From NCBI GenBank assembly GCA_004764695.1, contig SMSO01000005.1, forward strand, positions 1,426,001-1,490,000: a DNA stretch of 64,000 bases, given 5' to 3'. This DNA comes from Schizochytrium sp. TIO01 (taxonomy: Eukaryota > Protista > Bigyra: Labyrinthulomycetes). The position numbers were made by a program, and so were the translations under genes. Positions 11,501 through 24,600 of this stretch are shown here, piece after piece. How positions within the stretch are numbered: position 1 is the stretch's first letter; the number at the start of each line of letters is the position of its first letter. Under the pieces are notes generated by a model, which ran no database searches, was not told the DNA's origin, and was given only the letters and a program-made list of their open reading frames with translations.

Positions 11501-13690
11501 CAGGTTGGTCCCGACTCCAGTGCGACAACCGTGCATGCCATCGACCAATCGTCAATCGTCAATCGTCCATCAATCGTCAATCGTCGATCGATCGTCAATC
11601 GATCGAGGAAGGATGGAAGGGTGGCAGGATGGCAGGAAGGCAAGAAGCGCGACCTCGCGAAAGTCAGCCATGCAGCGCATGTATGCGTGGGGCTCGCAAG
11701 TGGGTTATAGCGAGCGCCTACAGTGCAAAGTTTACCACCGCAAGTGCGTTATAGGAGGCGCGCAAGTAGAGAATGCCGGATTCTAATGGCACTAGGGTCT
11801 CCAGCAGCCTTCACAGACAGACTTGGACTCGAGGCCACATGGCCTCCTCCAGCCAGCGACGCCTGGCAAGGGCAGGGACGGGCGGAGGCCAGCTCGCTCA
11901 GCTGAGGCCAGCTCGACCAATGCAGGAGCTCGCGGGGACCTGGCAGGACCGCTCGTAGCGCAACGGCTGAGTCGCGAGGGCTTGTTTGCGCAGCGAGGCG
12001 TGGAGGTCCGTCATCAGCGGAGGACCTGTAAGTGGAAAAAGGCAACAGAACGAAGCAGGCAGGCTGGTTCCACAACTTGGAGAACGAGGATCAAGGGCCA
12101 TACAGGAGTTTGGCACGAGCTCAGTTCGGGTCCAACAACAAACAGCACGCGAGTTACTGCTTGCGTTGACTTTGACTTTGACTTTGGCTTGTTTGTTTGT
12201 TTTATTTATATTTTTATTTATATTTTTATTTATTTTATAATTAAATTTTTATTTAAAAAAAAAAAAAAAAAAAACTCTTCTTAACTCTCACATAATTGGG
12301 GCTCCGTAGGAAATAATCAATGATATGGTCTTCTACTCTTCGGTTGATCATACCCCTTCTTTAACGTCGCCTCACTCCAGAGGAGGGAGCGCCGCCGCTT
12401 TCCAGGGAGTAAGTACCTCAGACCTCGATGGGATGTGGAAAACCTGAGTGGCTGAAGCTGACTGATAAAAGAGGACCAAGCCAACCAAGCCTCTGCTTTT
12501 CCGTGGTCATTGAGAATAAATAGTTCGTGCTACATGCTAGCTTATTTTAATTGCTATTTTATGCTATTTTACTATTATATTTTAAATATTATTATTGTTA
12601 ATATTATATATATATTTATTACTTTTATTATTATTGTTATCTACTTTTTAATTTAAAATCGATATCAGGCTCTCCAAGAAAGATAAAAGCTGAGACCGAT
12701 AAGCGGTCAGCCACATCTAGGATGCCGTGCAAAGCACATCGTTCACGATGTCTCTGAATTCTGTGTTACTCGGCACCACCTATCCTGAGGCCCTTTGGCT
12801 GTGAGTGATATTTATTTTGCCTACTATTTGCCTTTGGCTGTTGTCGTTGGATTCGTTGCTTTTATTTGCTTGCGTTGGCCCAAGTTTGTGTTTCCCAAGG
12901 CCTGAAGATTCAACACCTGCGAGTATCAGTTTGCTGGACATAAAGTATATCCTTCAGGCACAAGCTCGAGCGCATGCACATGCCCTCAAGACAATCAATC
13001 ATTCCGCGATCGATGGCAGTTCACAGATCGCCTGCCATTGAATGGAGCAGTGGTAACTGTAGTCTCATTGGCCAATGCGTTTGTATTCTTGGAGAGAGAG
13101 AAACATGAAAATTAATAAGCGACCTTTAAGATAAATCATAGTAAAATAGTGAGAGGAAGAAAGGAGAAATAGGACTAAGATGAGAAAGGTGAGAGTACGG
13201 AGAAAAGGAAAATAAAATCAAAGGTTCTGGTATCTTTAAAGTTATTATTATTATTATTTATGATTCTTTGATTCTTTTATTCTTTTTTAAAACTATTGGT
13301 TAAATAAGGTGGTATTGCTTTCAAGTTAGTGTTTTGCATATTTTTAACTTTGTTCAAAGCTAATAGAAAAGAAAGAAATCATAAAAAGAAAAGAGAAAAC
13401 AAAGAACGAAGTGGCGAAGTTGAGAAAGCAAACCCGAAAGGCGCGATCGGCGTGGCGGCGATTGCTCGACGTCGCGAGGTGACGGCTGCACCCACTCACG
13501 TGAGGACACATCTGGAAAACTTGGCTGGTGCAGGCGGCCCTTCCCTGCTATCCCTCGCTCCGCTCGCCAGCGGGACCTGGAGAGAGTCGAGGCGCGTTGC
13601 TCGTCTCTCGCTAGAACTGACTGATCAAGGAGCTCTATATCCATAGAAAGCCTACTTATCAATACATATATATATACATACCAGTCGAAG

Positions 13691-15151
13691 ATGACTTCCA
13701 ACGGCAACCACTCGTATGGCAGCATGGGTAAGAGCAACGGGTCCACGCTCTCTGAGAACTCTGCGCTGCTTGCGGACAAGAGACGCAACAGCTCTATGGA
13801 CGCACCCTCATTGAAGAATTTTGTTGGGTATGTAGAGCATGGCAAGAGCTTGGACACTGAGCCCGGCAAGGTGGAGTCGCCAGAGTCCAAAAAGGCTCGC
13901 AACAAACTCCTCCGTGCCACCATGATCTGCTTCTCGTTCATGCTCCTTGAGATTGCCGGTGGATACATTGCTGGCAGTCTTGCAATCATGACTGACGCAG
14001 CCCACTTGCTCTCAGATGTAGCTGGTTTCCTCATCTCGCTCTTTGCCCTATACCTCGGTAACCGCAAGGCTACACCAATTCTCAGCTTTGGGTTTAAGCG
14101 TGCAGAGATTGTCGGCGCAATCCTTAGCGTTATGCTCATCTGGTTCCTGACCGGCGTGTTGCTCTGGGAAGCTGTACTCCGCACGAAGTCCATCCTCAAC
14201 CATACTCGCGAAGAATTTGTCGACGGCAAAATCATGACTATTATTGCCATCGTTGGTCTCTTTGCCAACATGACCCTGCTATTCGTGCTCGGGCATGACC
14301 ACGGACACAGCCACTTCGGCGGAGGACATGGGCATGCCCATGATGGCCACGATGATGACCACCACGACGACCATGGACACGCTCATGACCATGGACACTC
14401 GCACGGTAGTGCTCCTAAGCCCAAGAAGCAAGTTGAGGATCACGGACACTCACACGACCATGGGCATGCTCACAGCCATGGACACGATGACCACGATGAC
14501 GATCACCACAGCCACGATGACGATCACCACAGCCACGACGAGGTTAGGTTGCCGATTACTGGTACGAAGGGTGCCAACGCCCCGAAGGCACACAACATCA
14601 ATGTCACTGCCGCCTATGTGCATGCCATTGGTGACCTGATTCAGAGTGCTGGTGTTTGTATTGCTGGTATCCTCATCTGGATCTTCCCTGGTGAAACCCA
14701 CCCAACTGTCCAGCTCGCTGATCCTATTGTTACCTTCCTGTTTTCTATCATGGTGCTCATGTCTACGTACAACATTCTCAAGACTTCTTTGAACGTCCTG
14801 ATGGAAGGTGTGCCTGATGGCTATGACCCGCTCCGCATTGCCCGCGAGCTTGTTGCTATTGAAGGTGTCATTGATGTGCACCACTTGCACATTTGGAGCC
14901 TTACTGTTGGCGAACCTTCCCTTTCTGTGCACATTGTTGTTGATAATAACACGGATATGGAACAGGCCCTTTGGCACGCTCAGCATGTACTCCGGGAGAA
15001 CAAGATTTCTCACAGCACTGTCCAGACTGAGCGCCGTGTTGGCGACGCCATCTGTGAAACGGAGGACGGATGCGACTTGTCGTGTGACCGTTATGCGCTC
15101 AACTGTGCAAAGAACGGCGCGTGCTACGACAATGCTGGTTTGCTCAACTAA
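13691..15151 (+). CDS. Cation diffusion facilitator (SLC30/ZnT/MTP1-like) zinc transporter
   Basis: CDF signature SLAIMTDAAHLLSD (TM2 HxxxD), HAIGD in TM5, very long His/Asp-rich loop between TM4 and TM5, C-terminal HHLHIWSL...HSTVQ domain. Confidence 0.95.
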   Translation: MTSNGNHSYGSMGKSNGSTLSENSALLADKRRNSSMDAPSLKNFVGYVEHGKSLDTEPGKVESPESKKARNKLLRATMICFSFMLLEIAGGYIAGSLAIMTDAAHLLSDVAGFLISLFALYLGNRKATPILSFGFKRAEIVGAILSVMLIWFLTGVLLWEAVLRTKSILNHTREEFVDGKIMTIIAIVGLFANMTLLFVLGHDHGHSHFGGGHGHAHDGHDDDHHDDHGHAHDHGHSHGSAPKPKKQVEDHGHSHDHGHAHSHGHDDHDDDHHSHDDDHHSHDEVRLPITGTKGANAPKAHNINVTAAYVHAIGDLIQSAGVCIAGILIWIFPGETHPTVQLADPIVTFLFSIMVLMSTYNILKTSLNVLMEGVPDGYDPLRIARELVAIEGVIDVHHLHIWSLTVGEPSLSVHIVVDNNTDMEQALWHAQHVLRENKISHSTVQTERRVGDAICETEDGCDLSCDRYALNCAKNGACYDNAGLLN

Positions 15152-16535
15152 GGAAAAGAACAACAAGATGCAGGAAGAAATCATTGCTATGGTTTCGTTT
15201 TCATTAACAACATCTTACATGTACTAGGCGCTTTGTAGGCTTTTTTAAACCTCTACACTGCTTTGAAGAAGGAAATTATTAACAAATAGTGTCTATCGTA
15301 CCCCAAAGGAGGGAGAGATTATTCGTGTACTAACTCAAATTCCCAGCAGGAGAGTTTCTAACGAGAAGTTCCATTCCATCGTTTTTTGTGTTTCTCTCTC
15401 AGGTACGATTTTTGTTCAATAACGTGTCTTATCGGAGCATTTAATGCAGGGTGGCATTCTCGCGTAGGATATTTGCCATGTTGTAAAATTAAATGATTTT
15501 GTTCTTGGGTATCGTTTTTGAAGTAGGTGTTGCTCTTTTCTTTTCTTATCATTTTTTTTTTCTCCAAGTATTCACAATTTAAAAAATAATGCAGACTCTT
15601 CAATTTTCAGTGTATGGGTAATCAGCAATCATAATTGCATGCGTGCACTATTAAAGTGGTGCAGAAGATTGCCCTTCAATACTCTTGATGAACAATTGCT
15701 CGTTTGAATCTGACCCAGAGGTAGTCAGGCTCACATGCTAACTAACTATTCAGTGAACATATGCTGATAAACTTGATGACAAGATCCAGTTCCATGATCA
15801 AAGATTTTCTGCCAACGTTAGTGAGCTGCAATTGCTTCACAACTTAAAATATTTTTCATAACAAAATACTGGTGCTAAAAACATATCCATTCAATATGTT
15901 TGGAGGGATCAATGCAATGTTTGCAGCTAAAGAAGAATTATACCGAATTATATCTCTTTTGAGTTGTTCAGCGTGGTGTGATTTTGAAGGTACCTAAACT
16001 GGTTTGTGCACTCTGCATGTGCTATCTTTGTAGGTACAACTAAACTTCGCGCGTAGTGCATGTGTATCTTAATAAACAAGCATGGATGGAACTCTGAGAA
16101 ACTCAATTAGGACAGCGTCTAAAATTTATAACTAGTTTGATGCCTGCACAATGCTTCTTGACAGACCCTAATTTAACTAGATGCATGGATGCAATCTTTA
16201 CGAATCACAGACAGTAACGTCTGATACAGTGGAGAATATTGCGCAAGGCCTAAAAAGGTACAAGATGTTTTTAAAAAATGAAAAGAGAAGATAAATCTAA
16301 TTATAAATCATTCCAACAAAGAAAGCTGAAGCTTCGAAAGAAACAACTGTTGAATGCAGAGCACAAACGTCCTGGAAAGTTAATTGCAACAAATAAGACG
16401 GATACACAGGTGCTCACAAACGCACAAAGGCATATGGATTGATTTGTATTAACACAGAGAGAGGATGAAGAGAAAGGAAACAACATGAAGACAAAGTTGT
16501 AAGCGAGAAAAATAGCATCACACATATGCACGACT

Positions 16536-18098
16536 TTAAACGGCCAGGTTCTCGCTTGTACCCTGAGCCTTGCTTTGTTCGTAGGCAAGACGCTGGTACT
16601 TTGTCTTTTGCTTAATCAGGAGTACTGGAAGACACCCAATGACCATAATCACTGCACCAATGATGAAGGTAAGCTTTGCGCTGCCAACAACCTCAGGAGC
16701 AAGAGAACTGACGAACACCAGGTTTGAGCAATTTATGACAGCACGATCCCACCCAGTGATCATACCTTCCAGGAAAACTTCTGGGGAAAAGACATATTCT
16801 AACTTGGTTTCGTAGACGGCAGTCTGCCAAGCGATAAAAACACACAGAGCAAAGATGACCATCGTGAAGAATCCCCAGTGAGATTCGGTGGTGTCGACAA
16901 GGTAGCAAATCATAGCAATAATCCAGAAGAATGTACCAGTTGTGTAGCCGCCAGCAGTAAAGGTATAGTAGCGGCTGTATCTGTCCAGCAAAAAGGCCAC
17001 CACGATGGCAGTCGGAATTGCAAGAACCACACCAATTGCAGCAGCAATAAAGCTGTAACCAGAAATATCAGCAGGGAAAACGCGGCTGATCGAAGAGTAC
17101 AACACAAGAGGAGGGCCGGAAACAATGAAATCACTAATGGCAAGCTTGAGGAAGCGTTCATTGCCAAAGAGGATTTTGGTGCCCTGCACAAAAGTGGTAT
17201 GGTCCTTCTTCAAAGCAGCCGTAGAGGGTGGTGTAGGCGGGCTGTTACGAACAAAAATGCAAACGAGAAAAAAGGTGAAAGTAGGAATGATTGCCATCAT
17301 GAGGTTGTAAGTTGGGATATCAGTAGGCTGATAGCAGCAAAAGGCATCTTTGGCATCGGCATAAGCGTCATCACAAACCACATTAGTTCCGTTCGATGTT
17401 GCAGCAATAACAGTCGCCAACTGAGTGGCAGAAAGCGTAGATGTATCGCACGACTTGAGAGTAATATCTACAATCTCGTAGTCAGTAGTGTAGAAAGGTG
17501 AGGCAGAGAGAAGTGCTGCACCGGAGCCAAGGAGTGAGAACAAACTAATGATCGCTGTGGCGATAGCACGCTCATTTTCTGGGAACCAACGGTTAGAGGT
17601 GGCAAGGACACATGAAGATACGGTCGGTCCAAGCACAGAGGCAATGGAGCGACCAATGAGCACACCAGTGTAGTTATGACCGGACGCGTACCAAATCCAG
17701 GAGGAGAGCGCAATGGCAAAAGCACCAATCATTGACATCTTCATACCATAGCGATCAATCACATAGGATGCAGGGAAATAAGAAAATAAAAGGATCAAAG
17801 AGTCAAGCACGGACATGAAATCAACACCAACACCATCACTACTGAATGACTCATTCGGGATATCGAACCATTTCGCGTACGTTGGAGCAATAATCACCTG
17901 GCGGGAGGTGTGCATATTCCATGATGCATACGAAAGGGCAATAGAGAGCATCACAAACCATCTCCGAGCGTAAGTCTTGGGCTTGCCAGATTCTGTCATG
18001 ACTACTTCTGCTGGATGCCGCAGCTCGGACTCTACCGAGCCATCGGCATTCACGACCCTACGGTCCATGATTTTGCTCTTGATTGACTCGAACACCAT
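16536..18098 (-). CDS. Major facilitator superfamily transporter, SLC49/FLVCR/DIRC2-like
   Basis: About 12 hydrophobic segments; KTYARRWFVM, IDRYG, SNRWFPENERAIAT and LLDRYSRY motifs. First ATG is at 18098 (MVFESIK); the ORF-track start at 18158 is TTG. Confidence 0.88.
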   Translation of the reverse strand: MVFESIKSKIMDRRVVNADGSVESELRHPAEVVMTESGKPKTYARRWFVMLSIALSYASWNMHTSRQVIIAPTYAKWFDIPNESFSSDGVGVDFMSVLDSLILLFSYFPASYVIDRYGMKMSMIGAFAIALSSWIWYASGHNYTGVLIGRSIASVLGPTVSSCVLATSNRWFPENERAIATAIISLFSLLGSGAALLSASPFYTTDYEIVDITLKSCDTSTLSATQLATVIAATSNGTNVVCDDAYADAKDAFCCYQPTDIPTYNLMMAIIPTFTFFLVCIFVRNSPPTPPSTAALKKDHTTFVQGTKILFGNERFLKLAISDFIVSGPPLVLYSSISRVFPADISGYSFIAAAIGVVLAIPTAIVVAFLLDRYSRYYTFTAGGYTTGTFFWIIAMICYLVDTTESHWGFFTMVIFALCVFIAWQTAVYETKLEYVFSPEVFLEGMITGWDRAVINCSNLVFVSSLAPEVVGSAKLTFIIGAVIMVIGCLPVLLIKQKTKYQRLAYEQSKAQGTSENLAV

Positions 18099-19975
18099 CT
18101 TTCCCAAGAACAGCAACAACGACAACGCCGATGATGACAAAGGCAACGACAACGACAATGCAACTTTATTGCTTCCCAGAGGTCTCGCTCCTTGACTGGC
18201 TCAATCTGCGCCAGCGATATTTGATTTGTGCACAACAAGGTACAATGTCAAGGACCACCTCGAGGTTGCTTATCAATCCGGGTTCTAACTTAGCACCCCA
18301 CGAATTACAGCTCGGAGATGCTGTTGTTTAGCTAGCCACCAGTAGCGGGGATTACAATGCGGCAGGCCAGACGGCGTGAGCCTGAGCTGGTCCGTTGCAG
18401 TTGTGGTTTTGCTTGGCCGGCTCAGGCAGCCAGAGTTCACGGTTTGCTCCGTGCGACTTTTGCTAAGAAGGAAGTACCTCGGCTGCTGCACAAACACAAG
18501 AATTACTACAGCGACGAGAGTGGCACCAGGAATTGCTGGAAGGCCGGAGCAGGAGATTCAGGAGTTTGTAAGTTCCGGCAATGCAAGTATGATGTTTGCT
18601 TTAACTTGCTTGCGTGTTTGCTTGCTTGCTTGCTTGCTTGCTTCGGTGACTCCCTGTGGGCCTGACACGAGGCACGAGGCGTTCTTAGAGTTAACCTACT
18701 AGTGCTGCTCCAAGTTTACAATTTTTACTTTTGTTTCCCTAAAGAAAGTCTTTTCGTTTTGTTTTCAAGGTGCTTGTTTGTTTCTTTGTTGAAGCTAGCC
18801 AATTATGCCATGGGAGGAAGAAGATCGGGGTCTCCGGGTCCGCTGGAGGTGCCACGATAGGTGGCACGAAGAAGAAGCCCTAGCCTGAAAAGACCGAATC
18901 TCGGCCGCAGGTTTGGCGAAGGTGGCGATTGCAGATCTTGTCTTGAGTTGGAAAGAATGTAATACACGTCCTTTTCTATTATCATACGATAGTCGGTATT
19001 TTCACTTCTTAATATTTCCTTTCCTTTTCTCAGAGTAATCATTTTGATACCTGGCTGATTGATCTTAAAACTAGGTTGGACACTAAATAACATCGCTTTT
19101 CACCGCTATCTCAAGCACAGACACATCCAGCACTAAGCGAGGCCTTTCTGCTGGCCCGGATCAGCCGCTGCAGCAGAGCTCTGACCTTTAGGCGCAACGC
19201 TGAGGGAAAGTTTACAAGCATATGCCTATTTCATTCTTTTTTATTTCCAAAGCTCTATGTTGCAATTTGTGAGAATGAAGAGCACTTGTGAATTGACCGT
19301 CTATTTTATTGATAAAACAATTCACACATTCTTCGATTCTTCTGTGTATATCGTGTAATATGCACATGCATACATAATAAACAAACAAACAAACAAACAA
19401 ACGTCCAAGGTCAAGAAACTGCCAGCCGATTTGCAGCCAGGAGCTGCTGCCACTTCTGTGCTGGTAGGAAGAGAGATGAGTCGAGGAATGGGTCGCTTCT
19501 CTCGAGTTCGACTGAGATCTCGTCGCACAGGAGGCACGTTTTGATTCTATTTAGCGTAGCAGTGATCCATCGCTCCATGGAAACTAACTTTTAAAAGAAA
19601 CATTCAAAGTGCCGCGCCCGTTAGCGCAAACTCTAATAGTTCTGTGCTCGACTAGTTCTTTCTTGAAAGTTTTTCTTCCTCTCACTCACTCACTCACTCA
19701 CTCACTCCACTTTTTTCTTTTTTTTTAAAGGCAAAACTATAAAGTGGAATGAAAGGGGGGTGTGCGCAATGTGCAGGAAGACCTGCTTCTATATCGCACA
19801 AAAGGCGGCAGGTCCTAAGTATCCCGCCATCATTATGAGTGGCACTCGAGGAAGACTCCAGTGCCCAGTGGCTGCGCAGCACCTAAGCGCTGAGGTTTAT
19901 AATACGTGCAGGATTTCAAGAACCCTGCTCAGTTCCCAGACTACAGCATCTAGCAAACTAAAAGATTAACTGTTT

Positions 19976-20086
19976 CAAACAAACAAACACACAAACAAAC
20001 AAACAAACAAACAAACAAACAAACAAACAAACAAACAAACAAACAAACAAACAAACAAACAAACAAACAAACAAACAAACAAACAA
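19976..20086. repeat. (AAAC)n microsatellite
   Basis: Direct reading. Confidence 0.97.
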
Positions 20087-20499
20087 TGACTGCTATAGTT
20101 AATCATATGTGTAGTTAGGTACCTCCCTCCTTATACCTTAAGAAAGAAGAAAGAAATGGATCTTGGGATTTCTATGTTTCATGTGTCACTTTTCTCATGG
20201 AAAAGGTGGGAAAATCAGGTGAAACCCGAAAGGCGAGGAAGGAAACCGCGCCAGCAAGCTCTTGCTCCACTCCTGGTCAGTCTTGCCAGCGAGACACCCG
20301 GCGTGCCACGAAATAAAAGTACAGCGACGTGTGCAGGTTTAAGCTACAGGTCGGAGCCACCTGCAAGACCGTGGCAGACCTTTGATGAGCAGGATTCGTC
20401 AATTGCGCTGCGCCAGATTCTTTGCCACAATCGGAGCTTGCCTGCTTCTGCAAATGCCCTGTTAAACACCCTCGGTCCAAAGTCAAGATATCATCGCCC

Positions 20500-20536
20500 A
20501 CTACTATTACTACTACTATAATAGTAATAATAATAA

Positions 20537-20567
<31 letters not shown>

Positions 20568-20597
20568 AAGAAGAAGAATAGTAATAATACTACTACT
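20500..20597. repeat. Compound (CTA)n-(TAA)n-(GAA)n-(TAA)n-(CTA)n microsatellite
   Basis: Direct reading. Confidence 0.9.
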
Positions 20598-21589
20598 TGA
20601 TAAAGCGTAAGAAGTACTACTGTTTATTTTTTAGTTCAATATTTCCACTTATCGAAAATGGAAAAGAGAATTTAAAAAGTGAAAACCCGCTCCGAAGGGT
20701 AGGAGTTATCTAAGTGTAAATAGGATCTGCCATCTGAAAGAAGATCTCACGTGCCCTACAGTAAGGGAGCTGTGGGGGAAAGACAGCCAGCAAAGAAGTT
20801 CAAAGATTCTCAGAAAGCGCAATTGTACCAAAGTACCTCCAAAGATCATCACAACGAGCGCCTTCAAATCAGCGCGGATAATTCACATCATGATAATAAT
20901 CAGAAAAATACCTGCATGCGCCAATGCCGACCAAGCTAGGTCCCCGAAATCAAAATGCTGTTAGGGACTCCACTTTCTGAGGCTTTCTTCTAGTTTATTT
21001 TACCTTATTCTCTATTATTATCTCTTGAAAAATTAATTTCTTAAATTATAAAAATAGCAGTATAAAAAAGTGCGCGAGGTTGATGGATGACGAGAGATTT
21101 ATGAAAATTGGTTGACCAAGGAAGGTTAATTGATTGAAGAGGTTTTAGATCGCGGTCTAAGGCGCCATCTTCGAGCCCGCCTGCACATGGCCCAGTGAGT
21201 ACGTTGAGTACGTTGCTACATCCCTTTTCTTTTGGCAGCACAGCACGAACGAAGACCGTGCCTGAAAGGTGGCGCAAAGAAAGACACCTCGAGCCAAAGT
21301 GCACTTTACTTATTAGTTAGCCATAATCGATCCATTTACATTTATTTACTCACGCCACAGTGGGCCTAGAAGGTGGCATCGTCGTCGAGTCAAGAAACCC
21401 AAGTCAAGGTGTCAAATGGATGTGTAGGTTGGCTCAAGCGGGACTTCAACTGGGTTGTAATGAGATCGATGTGAGTGCAGTGGCCGAAGAAGCAAGTAAA
21501 GCTCATCGGCAGGTAGGTAGGTACGGTAGGTACTTTTATGATGAAACTCAGGTAAACATGAATTTAGGAATGCTTTTGCTAAGCAGTGA

Positions 21590-21664
21590 AATGCAATGCA
21601 ATGCAATGCAATGCAATGCAATGCAATGCAATGCAATGCAATGCAATGCAATGCAATGCAATGC
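21590..21664. repeat. (ATGCA)n microsatellite
   Basis: Direct reading. Confidence 0.97.
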
Positions 21665-24600
21665 TAACTTTGAACGCAGGTCTCAGGTGCCATCGAACGA
21701 ATTGAATCACCAGCACTGCGATGTGCACAACCCCCCAGACATCGTTGCGGCGTGCTGTTAAATAACTCGAAACAGGCTTTAAGTTGTTTGCGTTCACTCG
21801 AATCTACGCCGAGTTCACCGCTTGTGTAGTAGGGTAGCAAGTACCTACTACTAACTTTAGTGAGGTTTCATTTTATAGCTGCACATTGCGCATTGACTGA
21901 CGGCTTATTTAATATCCTTGTCAGAACTCATGAAAAAGGCGTGCGCCCGCGTCGAAGCCACAAGGAATGTTGCCATCATCGAAGATGGAGCTGAATATAG
22001 CAACACCAAGACCTTCGAAGTTCTCTGGATGATGTATTTGTCTGTCTGAACAGGAGCCTTGAATGAAAGGAAAAGGAATTGGTAGGTACCTACCTACCCA
22101 CCCAGAGTCTGCTCAGAGCAAATGGAATCAATCACTCGTGGTGTACTCAGAAGCTTGAGATCGCTTGACATGATTTATTTTAATAATTATAATAAATATG
22201 ATATGCTTATTTCTTATTTCAATAATAATAAATAAGGTATGTAATAATTGAAAGCTTTCTTGGATGGGAGAGAAATAAACGGTGCCTGGATTCGTTTGCG
22301 TTGGTAGCATTTACTCACTTACAGGGTCCGAAGTTGGTTTATACAGCTCGGACGCCACCATGCTCTCAATCCTTTGAATTGAATGGGGTTCATATTCATA
22401 GAAAGGTTTGTTGCAGGCAACAGTAAGTATTTGTTTCGGAGACAATCGTTTACAGAAAGAACGGAAAGCTAGCTACAAAGCCTTGGCGTGGCCGCTTCGT
22501 TTGACTCGGCTTTGGAGAGGACAAAGGGTGGGTGTCCAGTGGTGACACTCATCATCACCATCATCAGCATGTTCTTCTTCTTCTTCTTTTTTTAAATCAT
22601 CGAAAAGTAGGCGATGATTTGTCCTTATTGTGCTTGTTCAAGTACCTTGTAGAAGGGAGGTACGTACCTGAGTACTTACCCTTGGTTCTCAGAAACTTGA
22701 TGGTGAATGAAGGTTTATTTCACTGCTTTCGATGCCGGCCTTGGCCCACGACTCCAGTCGCTCAGCGTACGCAAGGACTGAGGAGTGATTACTTTAAGGG
22801 ATTGCATCACAGGAAATCTGCTCAACTCCAGGTTCTGAAAATCAGTCTTACCGTGGTGGCGCAAAAGAAATTAACATTCACTTGCTTACGCACGGGGGAC
22901 CTTGATCTACGCAGGTACGTCATCCGTCTAAATGCGATCGTGGGCACTGATCACCGTGTGAGCGGCACGATGGTCAAAAGCAGCTTTGCAAGTAGAAGAA
23001 GACCACCTGGTGTCCAGAATGGATGAAATCTTTGATTCTGCCGTGCGATACGAGCGATCACGAAATCAGGGGCGATTCGCGCAATGACGTCGAATTGCAC
23101 TACGGGAACGGGTGGATGTCATTTCTGACGCTGCGAAATCTGCGCTTCCTTGGACTTAAATCAATATTCTCCAGACAGGCTCTCCACGAAGCACCTGTTG
23201 GTCTTAAGCTCGCCAGAGAAGCGGCGTCTCGCTTCTCAAGGTGGCGGCGAGCATTTTGTCAGCGTGGCTACTGCTGAGGCCCACGAGGTGCCTCTGAAAT
23301 GCCGCCACGATGGCTCGTGGCCTCGCTGCTATCCTCGAGTCGATCGGCCTGCCCGCCTACCTCTGCACATCGAGCACTGGGTCATCGCGCTCTTCTGGGT
23401 GGTTGACGCAGGCCGCTGGGCAGGTAGACGCTAGCCTGGAAAGGCAGGCAGACTTCCTGTAAGGAAATGTCTGGCGAGAAAGCATCCTTCATTTCTCGAG
23501 CCAAGTCTGCTTTTGGGGCTCGTCTCAGAGGCAGGCAGGTCGGTGGAGAAGATCGACGAATGCGCAAGGCACGAACCCACTAAGCCTGGGCTTGTCCCGC
23601 GCTATCAGCGGTACCCGGTTCTGCGAAAGGCGGGTGCACGCTGGAGGGAGGGAGGTACTGCGAGATGAGTGATCGGTCGCTGCTCCCTTGGCAACGTGCA
23701 AGCCAAGACGCCCTGCATCGCAAACCTTGAGCACCTCGCGACCTGCAGTAGCGAACACCGCAAGAGGTGTCGTCGAGACCCTCGCGACCCTCAGCCGTGC
23801 ATGCCAAAGAACTCGATCTTCGAATCATCGCTAGCTACTACTGATCCGCCCTTGACAACCCAAGTGCAATTTGCTTTCAGGGTGGGGTGTGCACTAAGCT
23901 ATTGTTGAGATAACTTAGGGGGGACTTGGAGGATGGGTCCCGATTTGGTCCGCGAGATTACATTGAGTTTGCAAATGACTTCAAGTTGGACAGAATACGA
24001 TTACAGACATCACCGTAGCAGGCAGTTGCGTTGAGGCTTGAGGGTGGCGGAGAATCTCATCGAGAAGGTACTTTGCGATGGCACAAGACAGGATCTCTCT
24101 CAGGCTGGAGAGGAAAGCTTGTGAACTCTCTCTCGACAGGAGTTGCTTCAGCCATAAGGTGGGTGTGGGTGTGTGCTACGAAGATGCAGAGCTTGGAATT
24201 AGGGACCAACAAAGGTTGATATGGTACGGCGAATGCTGAAGTCCGAGAGATGGAGACAGGGAAGCTCAAGATGGTGAGAGCATAAGAGTTGACAAGATTC
24301 CTTCCACTCTCTAACAAGCACCAACTTACGTGCCTCCAGAGGTACCTACCTACCTACCTACCCACCTTCCTACTCGGACAAATCCATCTTGGGTTCGCAA
24401 GTTGAGGCAGCAGATAGATAGATAGATCATCTACCTACTTACTTACCTACCTACCTAGTAGAGTAGTTTTTCAAGTTTGGAGACTGGCTTCGCTTAAAGG
24501 TTGGTTGCCTTGGCGACTCGAAGTGGCCCTGATGAATTCGATAGTGACTTAACCTTACAACAGACAGCACCCATCAGATGTTCTCATGATGATTTCTTGT

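Noticed and set aside
14295-15227. Overlapping M/T-rich and antisense ORFs
   Set aside because: Frame shadows of the His/Asp-rich CDF transporter gene.
22985-23030. hAT transposase relic (minus-strand ILDTRWSS)
   Set aside because: A single short motif with no supporting hAT residues or TIRs.
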